This document shows, one piece after another, positions 8,771-18,877 of a DNA stretch of 64,000 nt. Made by a program: the position numbers and the translations under genes. The notes under the pieces are model-generated. The model was not told the DNA's origin, made no database searches, and saw nothing but the letters and a program-made list of their open reading frames with translations. Source of the DNA: Candidatus Zhuqueibacterota bacterium (GTDB taxonomy: Bacteria > Zhuqueibacterota > Zhuqueibacteria > Thermofontimicrobiales > Thermofontimicrobiaceae); NCBI GenBank assembly GCA_049322915.1, contig JBMOPW010000016.1, positions 199,971 through 263,970 of the forward strand, in the 5' to 3' direction. The number at the start of each line of letters is the position of its first letter. Position 1 is the first letter of the stretch.

Positions 8771-9937
8771 ATGTTTTCAAAAGTTACGATCAGTTTGATA
8801 AGCCTGATGTTAGTGACCGGTCTGTGCGTCGGGACAGTTCAGGCGCAAGTTACTTTGGACACCGGAAAAATTGGCGTTCGGATAACCAATGCCGGCAGCA
8901 TTCGATTGATGGCTCCCACGTCCAGCGATGATCAGCAGCTCTCCCGAATCAACATCATCGCTGCTTTATCGGAAGATGCAGTGTGCGATTACAACGAAGA
9001 TCAGGATGCTGTCATCCCGGCGTATCAGTTGACGACTCCGACCATTGCCGACGTTGAAGCGATTGCTGTGTATGACAATCGCTATACAAATTTGCCCCCG
9101 GATGTTACGTTCCGGCTGCATGCCTATGCCTGGAATAATGAGCCATTTATGATTGCGAAATACACGATCATCAACGACTCGACCGAGCAAGTGACTCTGT
9201 CACTAGGTTTGCTGACTGTCCCTCGAATAGCGGGTAATTATGGCGGTGAAACAGATGCATATGATGAAGCACATCGCCTGGCCTATTGTTATCGCGAGGG
9301 CGAAGCACCCCATGCCGGTTTTCGACTGCTGTCCATGGAGCCGCATTCGTTCCATGCGCTGGACTGGTTGGTCTATTCTCCTGCTGATCCCAACGCCGAT
9401 GCGGCTACAGACTCCACCCGCTATCACATGACGGCCGATGCCGGTTTTGATACGAGCATTGTGGCCGGCGGCGATGGCTCCATTTTCAGTTTGAATGCCG
9501 GCGCATTCACCCTGGCGGCCGGGGATTCTGTGATTCTGACATACGCAATCGTCTATGCCGATCTTGTAACGGACCTATTCGCTGCAGCCGACGCGGCCCA
9601 GGTGAAGTACGACAACGAAATGCTTTCTGTTCAAGATAGCAGCACGCCCAACACACCGACGCATTTTACACTATTTCAAAATTATCCCAATCCATTCAAT
9701 CCGAGCACCACGATTCGGTTCGATCTCAGTCGTTCGTCCGATGTGCAGTTGACTGTCTATAACACGCAGGGACAACTGGTGAACTCACTTCTGAAAGGCG
9801 CGTACTCTGCCGGCTGCCACGCAATCACGTGGAACGGGAATAGCACTACCGGCATTGAAGTCGGTTCCGGCGTGTATTTCTATCGTCTCACAGCCAATCA
9901 AATCACCGTCACTAAAAAGATGTTACTGGTTCATTAA
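8771..9937 (+). CDS. Secreted protein with C-terminal FlgD-Ig/T9SS-type sorting domain
   Basis: Signal peptide ending AQ; C-terminus [19 protein letters not shown]...GVYFYRL...KKMLLVH; GGAGG RBS. Confidence 0.85.
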   Translation: MFSKVTISLISLMLVTGLCVGTVQAQVTLDTGKIGVRITNAGSIRLMAPTSSDDQQLSRINIIAALSEDAVCDYNEDQDAVIPAYQLTTPTIADVEAIAVYDNRYTNLPPDVTFRLHAYAWNNEPFMIAKYTIINDSTEQVTLSLGLLTVPRIAGNYGGETDAYDEAHRLAYCYREGEAPHAGFRLLSMEPHSFHALDWLVYSPADPNADAATDSTRYHMTADAGFDTSIVAGGDGSIFSLNAGAFTLAAGDSVILTYAIVYADLVTDLFAAADAAQVKYDNEMLSVQDSSTPNTPTHFTLFQNYPNPFNPSTTIRFDLSRSSDVQLTVYNTQGQLVNSLLKGAYSAGCHAITWNGNSTTGIEVGSGVYFYRLTANQITVTKKMLLVH

Positions 9938-10093
9938 TGTGTGGGGGCTGCACCGGAATTCATGCCTGATGGACGCATGCTGCCTTCCTGAGAGTGAGTC
10001 GGTTCTGCTCGCTCCGAGGCATGCTGTGCGCATTCAGCGATGCTTTTGGTGCAGCCCCTCCAGCGTATTGCACGAATTTTTGAGGCGTACACA

Positions 10094-12565
10094 ATGAAAA
10101 GATTAGTCTTGATATTTCTCTTCATTTTGCCGGTGTCGCTCAGCGCAGGCGTTACCGGCAAATTGTCCGGAACGATCACGGACGCTTCCACCGGCGAAGC
10201 CCTTATTGGCGCAACAGTGCTCATCGCTGGCACCAATCTGGGAGCAGCGACAGATTTGGATGGGAAATTTATCATCCTGAACATCCCACCCGGCAGCGTG
10301 ACGATTCGCGCCAGCTATATCGGTTATGAATCGGCCGCAATATCCAACGTGAAAATAATGATGGACCTGACGACGACCATCACTATCAAGCTGCGGGAGT
10401 CGACCATCGAGCTGGGGCAGGAGGTGGTGATCACAGCCGAAAAGCCGATGATTCAAAAAGACCTCACCAGTTCCAGCGCCTATATGAGACGCGACGAAAT
10501 AGAGGGTCTGCCGGTCTCGGATTTTAGCGATGTGCTGGCCCTGCAGGCCGGAGTGACAGATCAGGAAGGCAGCCTCCATATCCGCGGCGGGCGCTCCAAT
10601 GAAGTGGCATTTCTGATTGACGGCATGTACGTACATGATCCGTTGTTGGGCAGAATGATCACGCAAATCAACAACGACGCGATTCAGGAGATGAGTCTGC
10701 TGAGCGGCACGTTCAATGCCGAGTATGGCAATGCGCTCAGCGGTGTTGTCAATATTGTCACGCGCGATGGGGGTGTTAAGCACAGCGGTCGGATGGAGGC
10801 CCGAACCAGCGAATTCGGCCTGGATCGTTACAATAAGCTGGGTGAAAATCGGTTGAATGGCAATCTCGGCGGCCCTTTTATCACTGAAAAAATCCGCTAT
10901 TTCATTTCAGGCGAGCAGAACAACCGCGACAACTATCTACCTTTTGGCTACGAAGATAACATGACGTTCTTCAGCAAATTGTCGTTCAATTTTTTCCCGG
11001 GATTGAAATTCGTCCTTTCCAATCGCGGCAGCAAGGGGGAGCGACAGGGCTACAGTCACAGTTACAAGTATATTCCCGAACAATATCTGAAGAGTCGAAG
11101 GAATAGCTGGCAAACCACCCTGACGGTTTCCCACATGCTTCGGTCGAATTTATTTTACGATGCGCGCGTCTCATATCTGGAACAGGATTACTACTCCGGT
11201 GTGGACAAAGACACGTCGGAATACCTTTCCACGTCTGAGTGGGAATATTTGACCAACGTCGGCAACAGTTTTGAATTCTGGCAACGCGCCGACCCATTGG
11301 AAATGATCGATAGCAAGACAAAAACCGCGGATTTCAAAGGCGATCTGGTCTGGCAGGCGGGCAAAATCAATGAAGTGAAAGTCGGCTTGCAGTACAAGAA
11401 ACACTGGCTGAATCTGTTCAGCGTATATGATCCGAAGCGAAATTACCCGTACATCAATGACTACCGCATTCAGCCGTTCGAAGCCGCTGCGTATTTCCAG
11501 GATAAAATTGAATTCCCGTTTTTAATCATCAATCTGGGACTGCGTTACGATTATTTTAATGCCAATGCTACATTTCGCGGGGACCCACTGGACACACAAG
11601 CTGCGTTCATTCAGGTCAAATCGAGGTCGCAGTTCAGTCCGCGCGTCGGCATTGCCCATCCGGTCTCCGATAAAACCAAGCTACATTTCGCCTATGGCCA
11701 TTTTTTCCAGAATCCGGAGTACCAATATCTGTTTGAAAACAATCAATATGATTTGAACGTGCGGGAGCCGTTGTTCGGCCAGCCGAATCTGGATGCGGAG
11801 CGGACTATCGCCTACGAAGTCGGTGTTTCGCACCAGTTTTCTGATCGCATTGCCGCGCATCTGACGGCGTATTACAAGGACGTCACCGGGCTAATCGGCA
11901 CCCGCTACTTCGAGGCGTTCATGGGGAACACCGGGCGCTACGTTGGCTATACGGTATACATCAATGAAGATTACGCCAATATCAAAGGTTTCGAGATCAA
12001 CGCCGATGTTCGGCCGGGGAAATATCTGTCCGGCGGCCTGAGCTATACGTTCATGATTGCCAAAGGCAGCGCTTCGTCTGAAACCGAGCAATACCCCGGC
12101 ACCGAAGAATCAACCCGACTCTATTTCCTTAATTATGACCAGCGGCATAATCTGAATATGACGGCAACGTTTCAAATTCCGAAAGATGAGGGGCCGATCC
12201 TGTTTGGCTATCATTGGCTGGCCAATACCGATTACAGCGTGGTGTTACGGGCGAGCTCCGGCTTCCCGTACACACCGAGCGGCAGGGACATTGGTTTCGT
12301 CGATAGAAACTCGTTGCGAATGCCGGGCCGGTACTCCATGGATCTGGAAATTGGCAAGGAATTTTCCAGCATCTTCCAGACAAGAATTCGCGTCTTCGCA
12401 GAGGTCCTGAATCTGACCGATCATCGCAATGTGCTGTACGTCTATGGCGACACAGGGGAACCGGATTTCACCTTCGAAGGCGGCCATTCAGCCGAATGGA
12501 TGAACGATCCCTCGAATTACGGCCCGCCGCGAAGCATTCGGTTGGGGATCGGAATGCGATTCTAA
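10094..12565 (+). CDS. TonB-dependent receptor with N-terminal carboxypeptidase-regulatory-like domain
   Basis: GKLSGTITDASTGEALIGA; plug LHIRGGRSNEVAFLIDG, FNAEYGNALSGVVNIVT; barrel ending LGIGMRF. Start moved to MKRLVL after GAGG. Confidence 0.95.
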   Translation: MKRLVLIFLFILPVSLSAGVTGKLSGTITDASTGEALIGATVLIAGTNLGAATDLDGKFIILNIPPGSVTIRASYIGYESAAISNVKIMMDLTTTITIKLRESTIELGQEVVITAEKPMIQKDLTSSSAYMRRDEIEGLPVSDFSDVLALQAGVTDQEGSLHIRGGRSNEVAFLIDGMYVHDPLLGRMITQINNDAIQEMSLLSGTFNAEYGNALSGVVNIVTRDGGVKHSGRMEARTSEFGLDRYNKLGENRLNGNLGGPFITEKIRYFISGEQNNRDNYLPFGYEDNMTFFSKLSFNFFPGLKFVLSNRGSKGERQGYSHSYKYIPEQYLKSRRNSWQTTLTVSHMLRSNLFYDARVSYLEQDYYSGVDKDTSEYLSTSEWEYLTNVGNSFEFWQRADPLEMIDSKTKTADFKGDLVWQAGKINEVKVGLQYKKHWLNLFSVYDPKRNYPYINDYRIQPFEAAAYFQDKIEFPFLIINLGLRYDYFNANATFRGDPLDTQAAFIQVKSRSQFSPRVGIAHPVSDKTKLHFAYGHFFQNPEYQYLFENNQYDLNVREPLFGQPNLDAERTIAYEVGVSHQFSDRIAAHLTAYYKDVTGLIGTRYFEAFMGNTGRYVGYTVYINEDYANIKGFEINADVRPGKYLSGGLSYTFMIAKGSASSETEQYPGTEESTRLYFLNYDQRHNLNMTATFQIPKDEGPILFGYHWLANTDYSVVLRASSGFPYTPSGRDIGFVDRNSLRMPGRYSMDLEIGKEFSSIFQTRIRVFAEVLNLTDHRNVLYVYGDTGEPDFTFEGGHSAEWMNDPSNYGPPRSIRLGIGMRF

Positions 12566-12709
12566 GTATCAACAATAGATCCTGTTCTCAGTCGACACGT
12601 TTCGAGAGGCAACGACGTTGCGGATCCCGAACAACTCCTGCTTGACTCAGAGGAATCCGCAATTCCAGCGGGCTCATAAATTTTGAATTCTAACGAATGA
12701 TGGTGGTCA

Positions 12710-15520
12710 ATGATGAAAAAAATATTAATCATGCTCCAAACCATTCTACTCCTGACGTCACTTGCGGTGGCTCAGCCAGCTGTAAAAGAAAAGGACAAAG
12801 AGGCCAGGGACGTTTTTGTGGAAAAAGCTTCCGGCGTCGAAGACCGGGCCGGCGGCACGCACAATGCCAGCAACATCGGCCTGTTTTTTGAAAACAGGGG
12901 CAAACTGTATCCGCGCCGACTGACCCAGGGGCCCTCCGGGGAATTTCCCATTGGATCGGCAAAGCATTATGTCTACCGAATCAATCCCATGGTTGGAATT
13001 CCCGGCAATGTCATTCAGGGCCGCTACACGACCAATGAGGAATGGGAAGCAGTCGGTGGGTATCACAACCGGGAGTTCGCGAAGATCGCGTTCAGCGATA
13101 ATCCCAGTTCCTGGAATACGACCCTGGGCTGGCCGGTCAAAGACGCTGAAGGGAATCCGATTTTCAAATCGGATCAGGACAGTTATTGCGTGTACGATGA
13201 CGCCAACAATTCCGTGAAGCGATTGGGGGTGACGGTGATCCAGACCGGTTATGCCTATGGCGTCACGTTCGCCCAGAATTTGATATTCTACAAGTTCGAA
13301 GTAGTCAACAACGGCGCGAACGATCTGAACGACCTGTATTTTGCCATGTACTGCGACATGGATATTGGCAACGTGAGCGGGGGTACGCCGGAGTACGGCG
13401 ATGATCGGATCGATTTTGACAGGCAGAATAATTTTGTCTATAGTTTTGATGATGGCCTTTCCGATGAGTGGGCTGGCGGCGTCACCGGCTACATGGGTGT
13501 GGCCATGCTCAAGACACCGGAGGTCAATGGCGTCGAACTGGGCGTCACGGATATGCATTACAATGTTTATGATGACGATAAAGACGATGATAGTCTGCAA
13601 TTCGCCATCCTGTCCAGCAGAACCGATATGGTCGATCCGCAGTCGCTGGTGCCGCGATATTTTCACCCGGGGGCTGGCGGCGATCTCCATTTTGATGATC
13701 CGGCGACAATTCCCGCGTCTGGAATCGATCTTCTGGCGACCATCAGTTCCGGCCCTTACCAGCTTCAGCGCGGCGATACACTGGTATTTTACATGGCGCT
13801 GATTGCCGGGAATAATCTGGACGATCTCTACAACTCACTGTACACAGCCCAACGCATTTTGGATTTCGATTTCGAAATCAGCAAACCGCCCCGAACACCG
13901 ACGCTGAGCGCCCATGCCGGCGATGGCCGCGTGACGCTCTTCTGGAATGATTTCGCCGAGTTATCGCTCGATAATTATTCCGGCGAATATGATTTCGAGG
14001 GCTATCGAATTTACAAGAGTCTGGATAAAGGGCTGCATTGGGACCAATTCGATAGAAATGTTGATCCGTCCGTGGGGGAGGAACCTGTGCCACTGGCGCA
14101 GTTCGATATTATCAATAACCTGGGACTGGATTCCGGGCTGCAGTACAGCTTCACAGATACCAGCGTTCATAACGGCTTCGAATATTGGTACACAGTCACG
14201 GCATTCGATCGCGGCGATGAATCGGTCGAAAGTCTCGAAAGCCCAAAAGGCAATTCCACCGACGCTCTCAATACCGTGTCCGTCATTCCCAAATCGAACG
14301 CTTCCGGGCGTACGCCGGTCTCGTCCGAATCGGTGAGCCATATCGGACTGGGAAAATCCAACTACGTGCTTGATGTTGAACCGATCGATGAGGATTCACT
14401 GGGCGACCGCGAATACCAGATCAGGTTCTCGTACGTTCAGAGGACGATTCGGGGAACGTTGAAGACGACCATCGTGCCAATTATCTCGGATTCCGCCCGG
14501 ACTGAGTCGAAACGGTATGGCGTGGAATTCATCTCGCCGACGTCGTTTCATCTGATTGATCTGAACACCGGCGATTATATTGGCTCGGACCCGCGCAATT
14601 ATCGCTCCGGCACCACGTATTCGCTCAATGCCGGCATGAAGATAAAAATCGTGGATCCTGATCCGACTGCTGCTCCGGAGTTCCTGCCCAAAGCCGATGA
14701 TTATCTCACGCTCAATTACGCCGCCCATGTCGTGCGCAATAACGCCGATACTATCATGGCGCAGCAGCCGTTCATCATCGGGAAAAAGCATGCCACCAGC
14801 GATGGTGTTGTGTTCAGTCTGGATCCACCCGAAACCATTCAAAGCGTCTCGCGCGTGGGAGGCGCCGACATTCTTGATATCAGCTTCTCAGTCTACGACG
14901 CAACGCTGGTGCAAAACGATACGGTCCTCATTTCCATTCAGCAGAGTGGCTTCGATGGGAGCGGCAATGGATTTGTGTCCGTGCTCATCGAACATGCAAA
15001 TGATGAGTCGGTGACGGTCGATTCGTTGTACAATCTGGACAGCTTTGAATTCGACGGAATTCGCGGCACGCTCGAATTCCAGTCCGCCAACCCGCCCGGT
15101 CCCGGCAATGCATTCGTCATTGTCACCCTTGTGCCTGTGGCGCCGAACATCCGGGACGCCTATCGTTTCAGAATAAAAGGCTCCGTCGTCGAACAGGCGC
15201 GCAGTGACAGCGAGTTGGAGGGCATCAAAGTGGTGCCAAATCCCTATCTGGTCTCTTCATTGTATGAACCTGAATTTGGTGAATTGAGGCGAGAACCCAT
15301 TCGACAGATTCAATTCATCAATTTACCCCAGGAATGCACCATCTATATTTTCACCATTGCCGGCGATCGCGTCAAAACGATTGACCATTCTGCACGGAAC
15401 GGCACGGAGACCTGGGATTTGCGTTCTGATGGCGGACGTGAAATTGCGTCCGGCGTTTATCTTTATATGGTTCGGACGCGAAACGCTCAATTCAAAGGGA
15501 CATTTGCAGTGATCAAATGA
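12710..15520 (+). CDS. Large secreted protein with Fn3-like module and C-terminal sorting domain
   Basis: Signal peptide; AGDGRVTLFW...DFEGYRIYKS...NGFEYWYTVTAFD (Fn3-like); C-terminal IKVVPNPY...WDLRS...IASGVYLY. Confidence 0.8.
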   Translation: MMKKILIMLQTILLLTSLAVAQPAVKEKDKEARDVFVEKASGVEDRAGGTHNASNIGLFFENRGKLYPRRLTQGPSGEFPIGSAKHYVYRINPMVGIPGNVIQGRYTTNEEWEAVGGYHNREFAKIAFSDNPSSWNTTLGWPVKDAEGNPIFKSDQDSYCVYDDANNSVKRLGVTVIQTGYAYGVTFAQNLIFYKFEVVNNGANDLNDLYFAMYCDMDIGNVSGGTPEYGDDRIDFDRQNNFVYSFDDGLSDEWAGGVTGYMGVAMLKTPEVNGVELGVTDMHYNVYDDDKDDDSLQFAILSSRTDMVDPQSLVPRYFHPGAGGDLHFDDPATIPASGIDLLATISSGPYQLQRGDTLVFYMALIAGNNLDDLYNSLYTAQRILDFDFEISKPPRTPTLSAHAGDGRVTLFWNDFAELSLDNYSGEYDFEGYRIYKSLDKGLHWDQFDRNVDPSVGEEPVPLAQFDIINNLGLDSGLQYSFTDTSVHNGFEYWYTVTAFDRGDESVESLESPKGNSTDALNTVSVIPKSNASGRTPVSSESVSHIGLGKSNYVLDVEPIDEDSLGDREYQIRFSYVQRTIRGTLKTTIVPIISDSARTESKRYGVEFISPTSFHLIDLNTGDYIGSDPRNYRSGTTYSLNAGMKIKIVDPDPTAAPEFLPKADDYLTLNYAAHVVRNNADTIMAQQPFIIGKKHATSDGVVFSLDPPETIQSVSRVGGADILDISFSVYDATLVQNDTVLISIQQSGFDGSGNGFVSVLIEHANDESVTVDSLYNLDSFEFDGIRGTLEFQSANPPGPGNAFVIVTLVPVAPNIRDAYRFRIKGSVVEQARSDSELEGIKVVPNPYLVSSLYEPEFGELRREPIRQIQFINLPQECTIYIFTIAGDRVKTIDHSARNGTETWDLRSDGGREIASGVYLYMVRTRNAQFKGTFAVIK

Positions 15521-15601
15521 TGCCCGGTTCGGGCTTCAGGGATAGATTGCCATGATAAGTCTGAAATTACATACACCGTTAAAACAAGCAGGTGAGCACG
15601 C

Positions 15602-16600
15602 ATGAACAAGATAAAAACTCTGGTGATTCTCTGTGTTCTGGCCGGGACGCTTCAGGGTCTGGCCCAGAATCCGAACCTGGGGACGAGCGGCGCGCAATTT
15701 CTCAAAATCCCCATCAGCGCGCGCGCGGCAGCTATGGGCGGCGCCTATACCGGCGTTTGTCAGGATGCGACGTCCGTGTTCTGGAACCCGGCCGGCATTG
15801 CGAATGTCAAAACCCATTCCGCCCATTTTTCGTTCACCAAATGGTTCGATACGTTCGATGTCAATGCAGCGTCTTATATTTACAATGGCGGTCAATTTGG
15901 CGTGGTTGCGGTGAGCATGCTGATGCTGGGCGTCGATGAGATGGAAGTGACCACGGAATTTTCTCCCAATGGCACCGGCCGATTTTTCGATGCGCAGGAT
16001 CTGGCGCTGGGCCTGAGCTATGGCCGGAATCTGACGGATCGATTTCGCATCGGTCTGACAGCGAGGTATGTGCAGCAGCGAATCTGGAACGAAACGGCCA
16101 ACGGGATCGCATTTGATGTGGGCACGCAATACCAATTGGCGTTCAGAAATATGACCATTGCCATGAGCATGACCAATTTTGGGCCGGATATGCAATTCGG
16201 CGGGCCGGATTTGAGCGTCACATACGACAACGACGCGAATTTTCCCAACCGATTGGTACCGACGCGGCTGGAAACTGAGACCTATCCGCTCCCGTTGAAT
16301 TTTGAATTTGGCATTGCCATGGATCTGTATTCGTCCCAATTCGTAAGCGCAATCGTCGCCGTGGATGCGGTCCATCCGAATGACAATCAGGAGCGAATCC
16401 ACATTGGGACAGAGGTGTCATTTTACGACCGGCTGTTCTTCCGCGGCGGGTATAAACTAAATCATGAAGACGAAATGTATAATTTCGGAAGCGGCGTCAC
16501 GGCCTTCATCGCCGGCGCCGTGCTCAGCTTTGATTACGCCTTTTCCGTCTACGACATTCTGCCAGATGTGCATCGGTTTTCTTTTGGGGTGAATTTTTGA
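15602..16600 (+). CDS. PorV/PorQ (UPF0164-like) outer-membrane beta-barrel
   Basis: GTSGAQFLKIPISARAAAMGGA...SVFWNPAG; ends HRFSFGVNF. Confidence 0.88.
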   Translation: MNKIKTLVILCVLAGTLQGLAQNPNLGTSGAQFLKIPISARAAAMGGAYTGVCQDATSVFWNPAGIANVKTHSAHFSFTKWFDTFDVNAASYIYNGGQFGVVAVSMLMLGVDEMEVTTEFSPNGTGRFFDAQDLALGLSYGRNLTDRFRIGLTARYVQQRIWNETANGIAFDVGTQYQLAFRNMTIAMSMTNFGPDMQFGGPDLSVTYDNDANFPNRLVPTRLETETYPLPLNFEFGIAMDLYSSQFVSAIVAVDAVHPNDNQERIHIGTEVSFYDRLFFRGGYKLNHEDEMYNFGSGVTAFIAGAVLSFDYAFSVYDILPDVHRFSFGVNF

Positions 16601-16634
16601 GCGCGCGTCCGGCTTCGACGCGAAATTTGGAGCG

Positions 16635-17468
16635 ATGACGATGAACAGAGGTGGCTCACGCAGAACCGCGTGGCCGATGCTTTACGCAGTCGCGCTGGTC
16701 TTGATATTGGGTCCGTTTCAGGGCTGCTCGCTCGTGCATCATTCTGTGGCCGCCCTGAGATCCACGGATCGGTTCATCCCGAACGAAATCGATGACAGAG
16801 TGTTCTTCGAGCCCGGCGCTGAGGTGATTGCGAATAAGGTGGCTTTGTTTCTCCCATCGGCCGTGAATCGCGTCGAGGAGAAGCAGTTTCAGCGATTCGC
16901 CGATCCGGTTCGGGTCTATGTCTGCGTATCGCGCGAGAGTTTCAGGAAATTTTACGGGGCTGATGTGCGCGCTGGTGTATTGACAAAGCTGTTCCTGTCA
17001 CCCCGCATCTTCGAATTTGGGGATGACATCGCTGAAAAATATGTGACGCATGAATTGTCCCATCTACATTTGCTGCAACACATCGGTATTTTCAAAATGA
17101 GCCGGTTGCCCACGTGGTTCAAAGAAGGGCTGGCGACATCTGTCTCGGACGGTGGAGGCGCCCATTTGATTTCGCCGGAACAGGCGGTTGAAGCGATTCA
17201 TTCGGGCAAAAACCTTGTTCCCAATGAAGCGGACGGACTATTCATTAGAAAGACTCCCAGCGATTTTGGACTGGAGCCGCATCTGTTCTATCGGCAAAGC
17301 ATGATGTTCGTCGATTATCTGGCAGCCATCGACGCGCCGGCGTTTCGAAACCTGATGCTGTCCGTCGAACAGGGAGAACGGCTTTCTGCTGCCATCGATG
17401 AAGCGTACCATAACAATCTGGATGAATTGTGGCGCGGATTTTTGAATGAAGTGAAAAAGAAGGATTGA
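16635..17468 (+). CDS. Zn-metallopeptidase (gluzincin/MA-like), probable lipoprotein
   Basis: HELSH...PTWFKEGLA; hydrophobic N-terminus with FQGC lipobox. Confidence 0.75.
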   Translation: MTMNRGGSRRTAWPMLYAVALVLILGPFQGCSLVHHSVAALRSTDRFIPNEIDDRVFFEPGAEVIANKVALFLPSAVNRVEEKQFQRFADPVRVYVCVSRESFRKFYGADVRAGVLTKLFLSPRIFEFGDDIAEKYVTHELSHLHLLQHIGIFKMSRLPTWFKEGLATSVSDGGGAHLISPEQAVEAIHSGKNLVPNEADGLFIRKTPSDFGLEPHLFYRQSMMFVDYLAAIDAPAFRNLMLSVEQGERLSAAIDEAYHNNLDELWRGFLNEVKKKD

Positions 17469-17480
17469 TATTCAAATAAA

Positions 17481-17514
17481 CGCGCCGGGATGAATCGAAC
17501 TCGTTCCCGGCGCG
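17481..17514. terminator. Hairpin between convergent genes
   Basis: CGCGCCGGGA...TCCCGGCGCG 10-bp stem. Confidence 0.55.
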
Positions 17515-17668
17515 GTGTATTCTTTTAATTGCAGTCGGCCCGGACGCCCTGTCCTGATTGAGAGAAAAGACACGGCGAGATCAAAAAAATTGAACCTGTT
17601 CACCTCTGAAAACCGCATACGGATGTGATTCTGCTTCGGACTGGAATTGCTCTTTCAAAACCTCGGCA

Positions 17669-18877
17669 TCACGCCCCGAATTTCAGCAATCGTTTGGCAT
17701 TGGCCAGAATGACCGGCATCAGATCTTTGCTCGGCATTCGTCCCAATCCTCCCTGAATACAGGCGATTTCATCGAACTGAGTGACGTTGTCTTTGCGGCA
17801 ATATTTCGAATATAGCAGCACCGGCACCGGGTGCCAGCTATGCGACGCTAACGCCGCAGGCGTGGAATGATCGGCGGTCACGACCATTACGTCCGGATTG
17901 AGCCGGGTGAGCAATGGGATCAATTTGTCCACTTCTTCGATGACGTTCACTTTCCCATCAAAAGCGCCGTCCTCGCCGCGGGAATCTGTCGGTTTGACGT
18001 GCACGAAGAAGTAGTCATATCGATCGTAATTCGCTTTCACGACTTCGAATTCTTCCCTGATGTCAGCGACCACCGGATGCAGATCCATATTGAGCAGAAA
18101 AGCGACGCCGCGATACATGGGATAATTGGCGATGGCCAGGCTTCTCAATTTGTATCGTTCCCACATGGATTTATAAGGTTTATGCCTGGCGAATCCGCGC
18201 AGCAGCAGGGTGTTGGCTTTCTCTTCATTCGCCAGAGCGGCATGCGCCTGATCCAGAAACCGCTGCGCCAGTCGCGCGGTCACTTCGCTTTGTTTATTCA
18301 ACGCGTGCGGCTTCAGGTAGGGGACGCCCTCTTTCTGGGGGTCTGTATCCTCCACATCGCCGCCGAGATTGTCTCCGCGAAGCAGCAGCGCAGCGCGGTG
18401 CTCTTTGACCGTCTCGATGACGAACTCCGCATCCGGCGCCAGAGAGACATTGTCGCGGATGATCTTGCAGATACGCTTGTTAGACTCGCTGTCGATTCTG
18501 CCGGCGCGTCGGTCGGTGATATTGCCCTGTTTATCCGACGTGGCAAAATTGATTCGGATGGCCACATCGCGATCCGTCATGGGCAAATTAATGCCGGCTG
18601 CTTCCAGCACGCCGCGGCCAATATTGGCCTCAATGGGATTGTAGCCAAAAAGAGCAAAATGAGCCGGGCCGCTTCCCGGCGTGATGCCCGGCAGGATGGG
18701 ATCCATCAGACCGCAAATGGATTCCGCCGCCAGCTTGTCCAGGTTTGGTTTGTGCGCAGCTTGCAGTTCTGTCCCCCGGCTATCGGTATTCAGACCGCCG
18801 AGTCCATCCATCACAAGAAATATAATTTTTGTGGTATTTTCAATTGTCAAATGATCGACAAAATTTTCCATGTCCAT
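17669..18877 (-). CDS. apgM: Cofactor-independent phosphoglycerate mutase, ApgM (archaeal-like) type
   Basis: VMDGLGG, TPGSGPAH, GRGVLEAAG, ITDRRAGRI, HVKPTDSRGEDG, TADHSTP, HSWHPVP. Confidence 0.93.
   Translation of the reverse strand: MDMENFVDHLTIENTTKIIFLVMDGLGGLNTDSRGTELQAAHKPNLDKLAAESICGLMDPILPGITPGSGPAHFALFGYNPIEANIGRGVLEAAGINLPMTDRDVAIRINFATSDKQGNITDRRAGRIDSESNKRICKIIRDNVSLAPDAEFVIETVKEHRAALLLRGDNLGGDVEDTDPQKEGVPYLKPHALNKQSEVTARLAQRFLDQAHAALANEEKANTLLLRGFARHKPYKSMWERYKLRSLAIANYPMYRGVAFLLNMDLHPVVADIREEFEVVKANYDRYDYFFVHVKPTDSRGEDGAFDGKVNVIEEVDKLIPLLTRLNPDVMVVTADHSTPAALASHSWHPVPVLLYSKYCRKDNVTQFDEIACIQGGLGRMPSKDLMPVILANAKRLLKFGA

Noticed and set aside
9944..10058. Rod hairpin as SRP (4.5S) or 6S RNA
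   Set aside because: Lacks the SRP domain IV CAGG/GGAA/AGCA motif and is too short for 6S.
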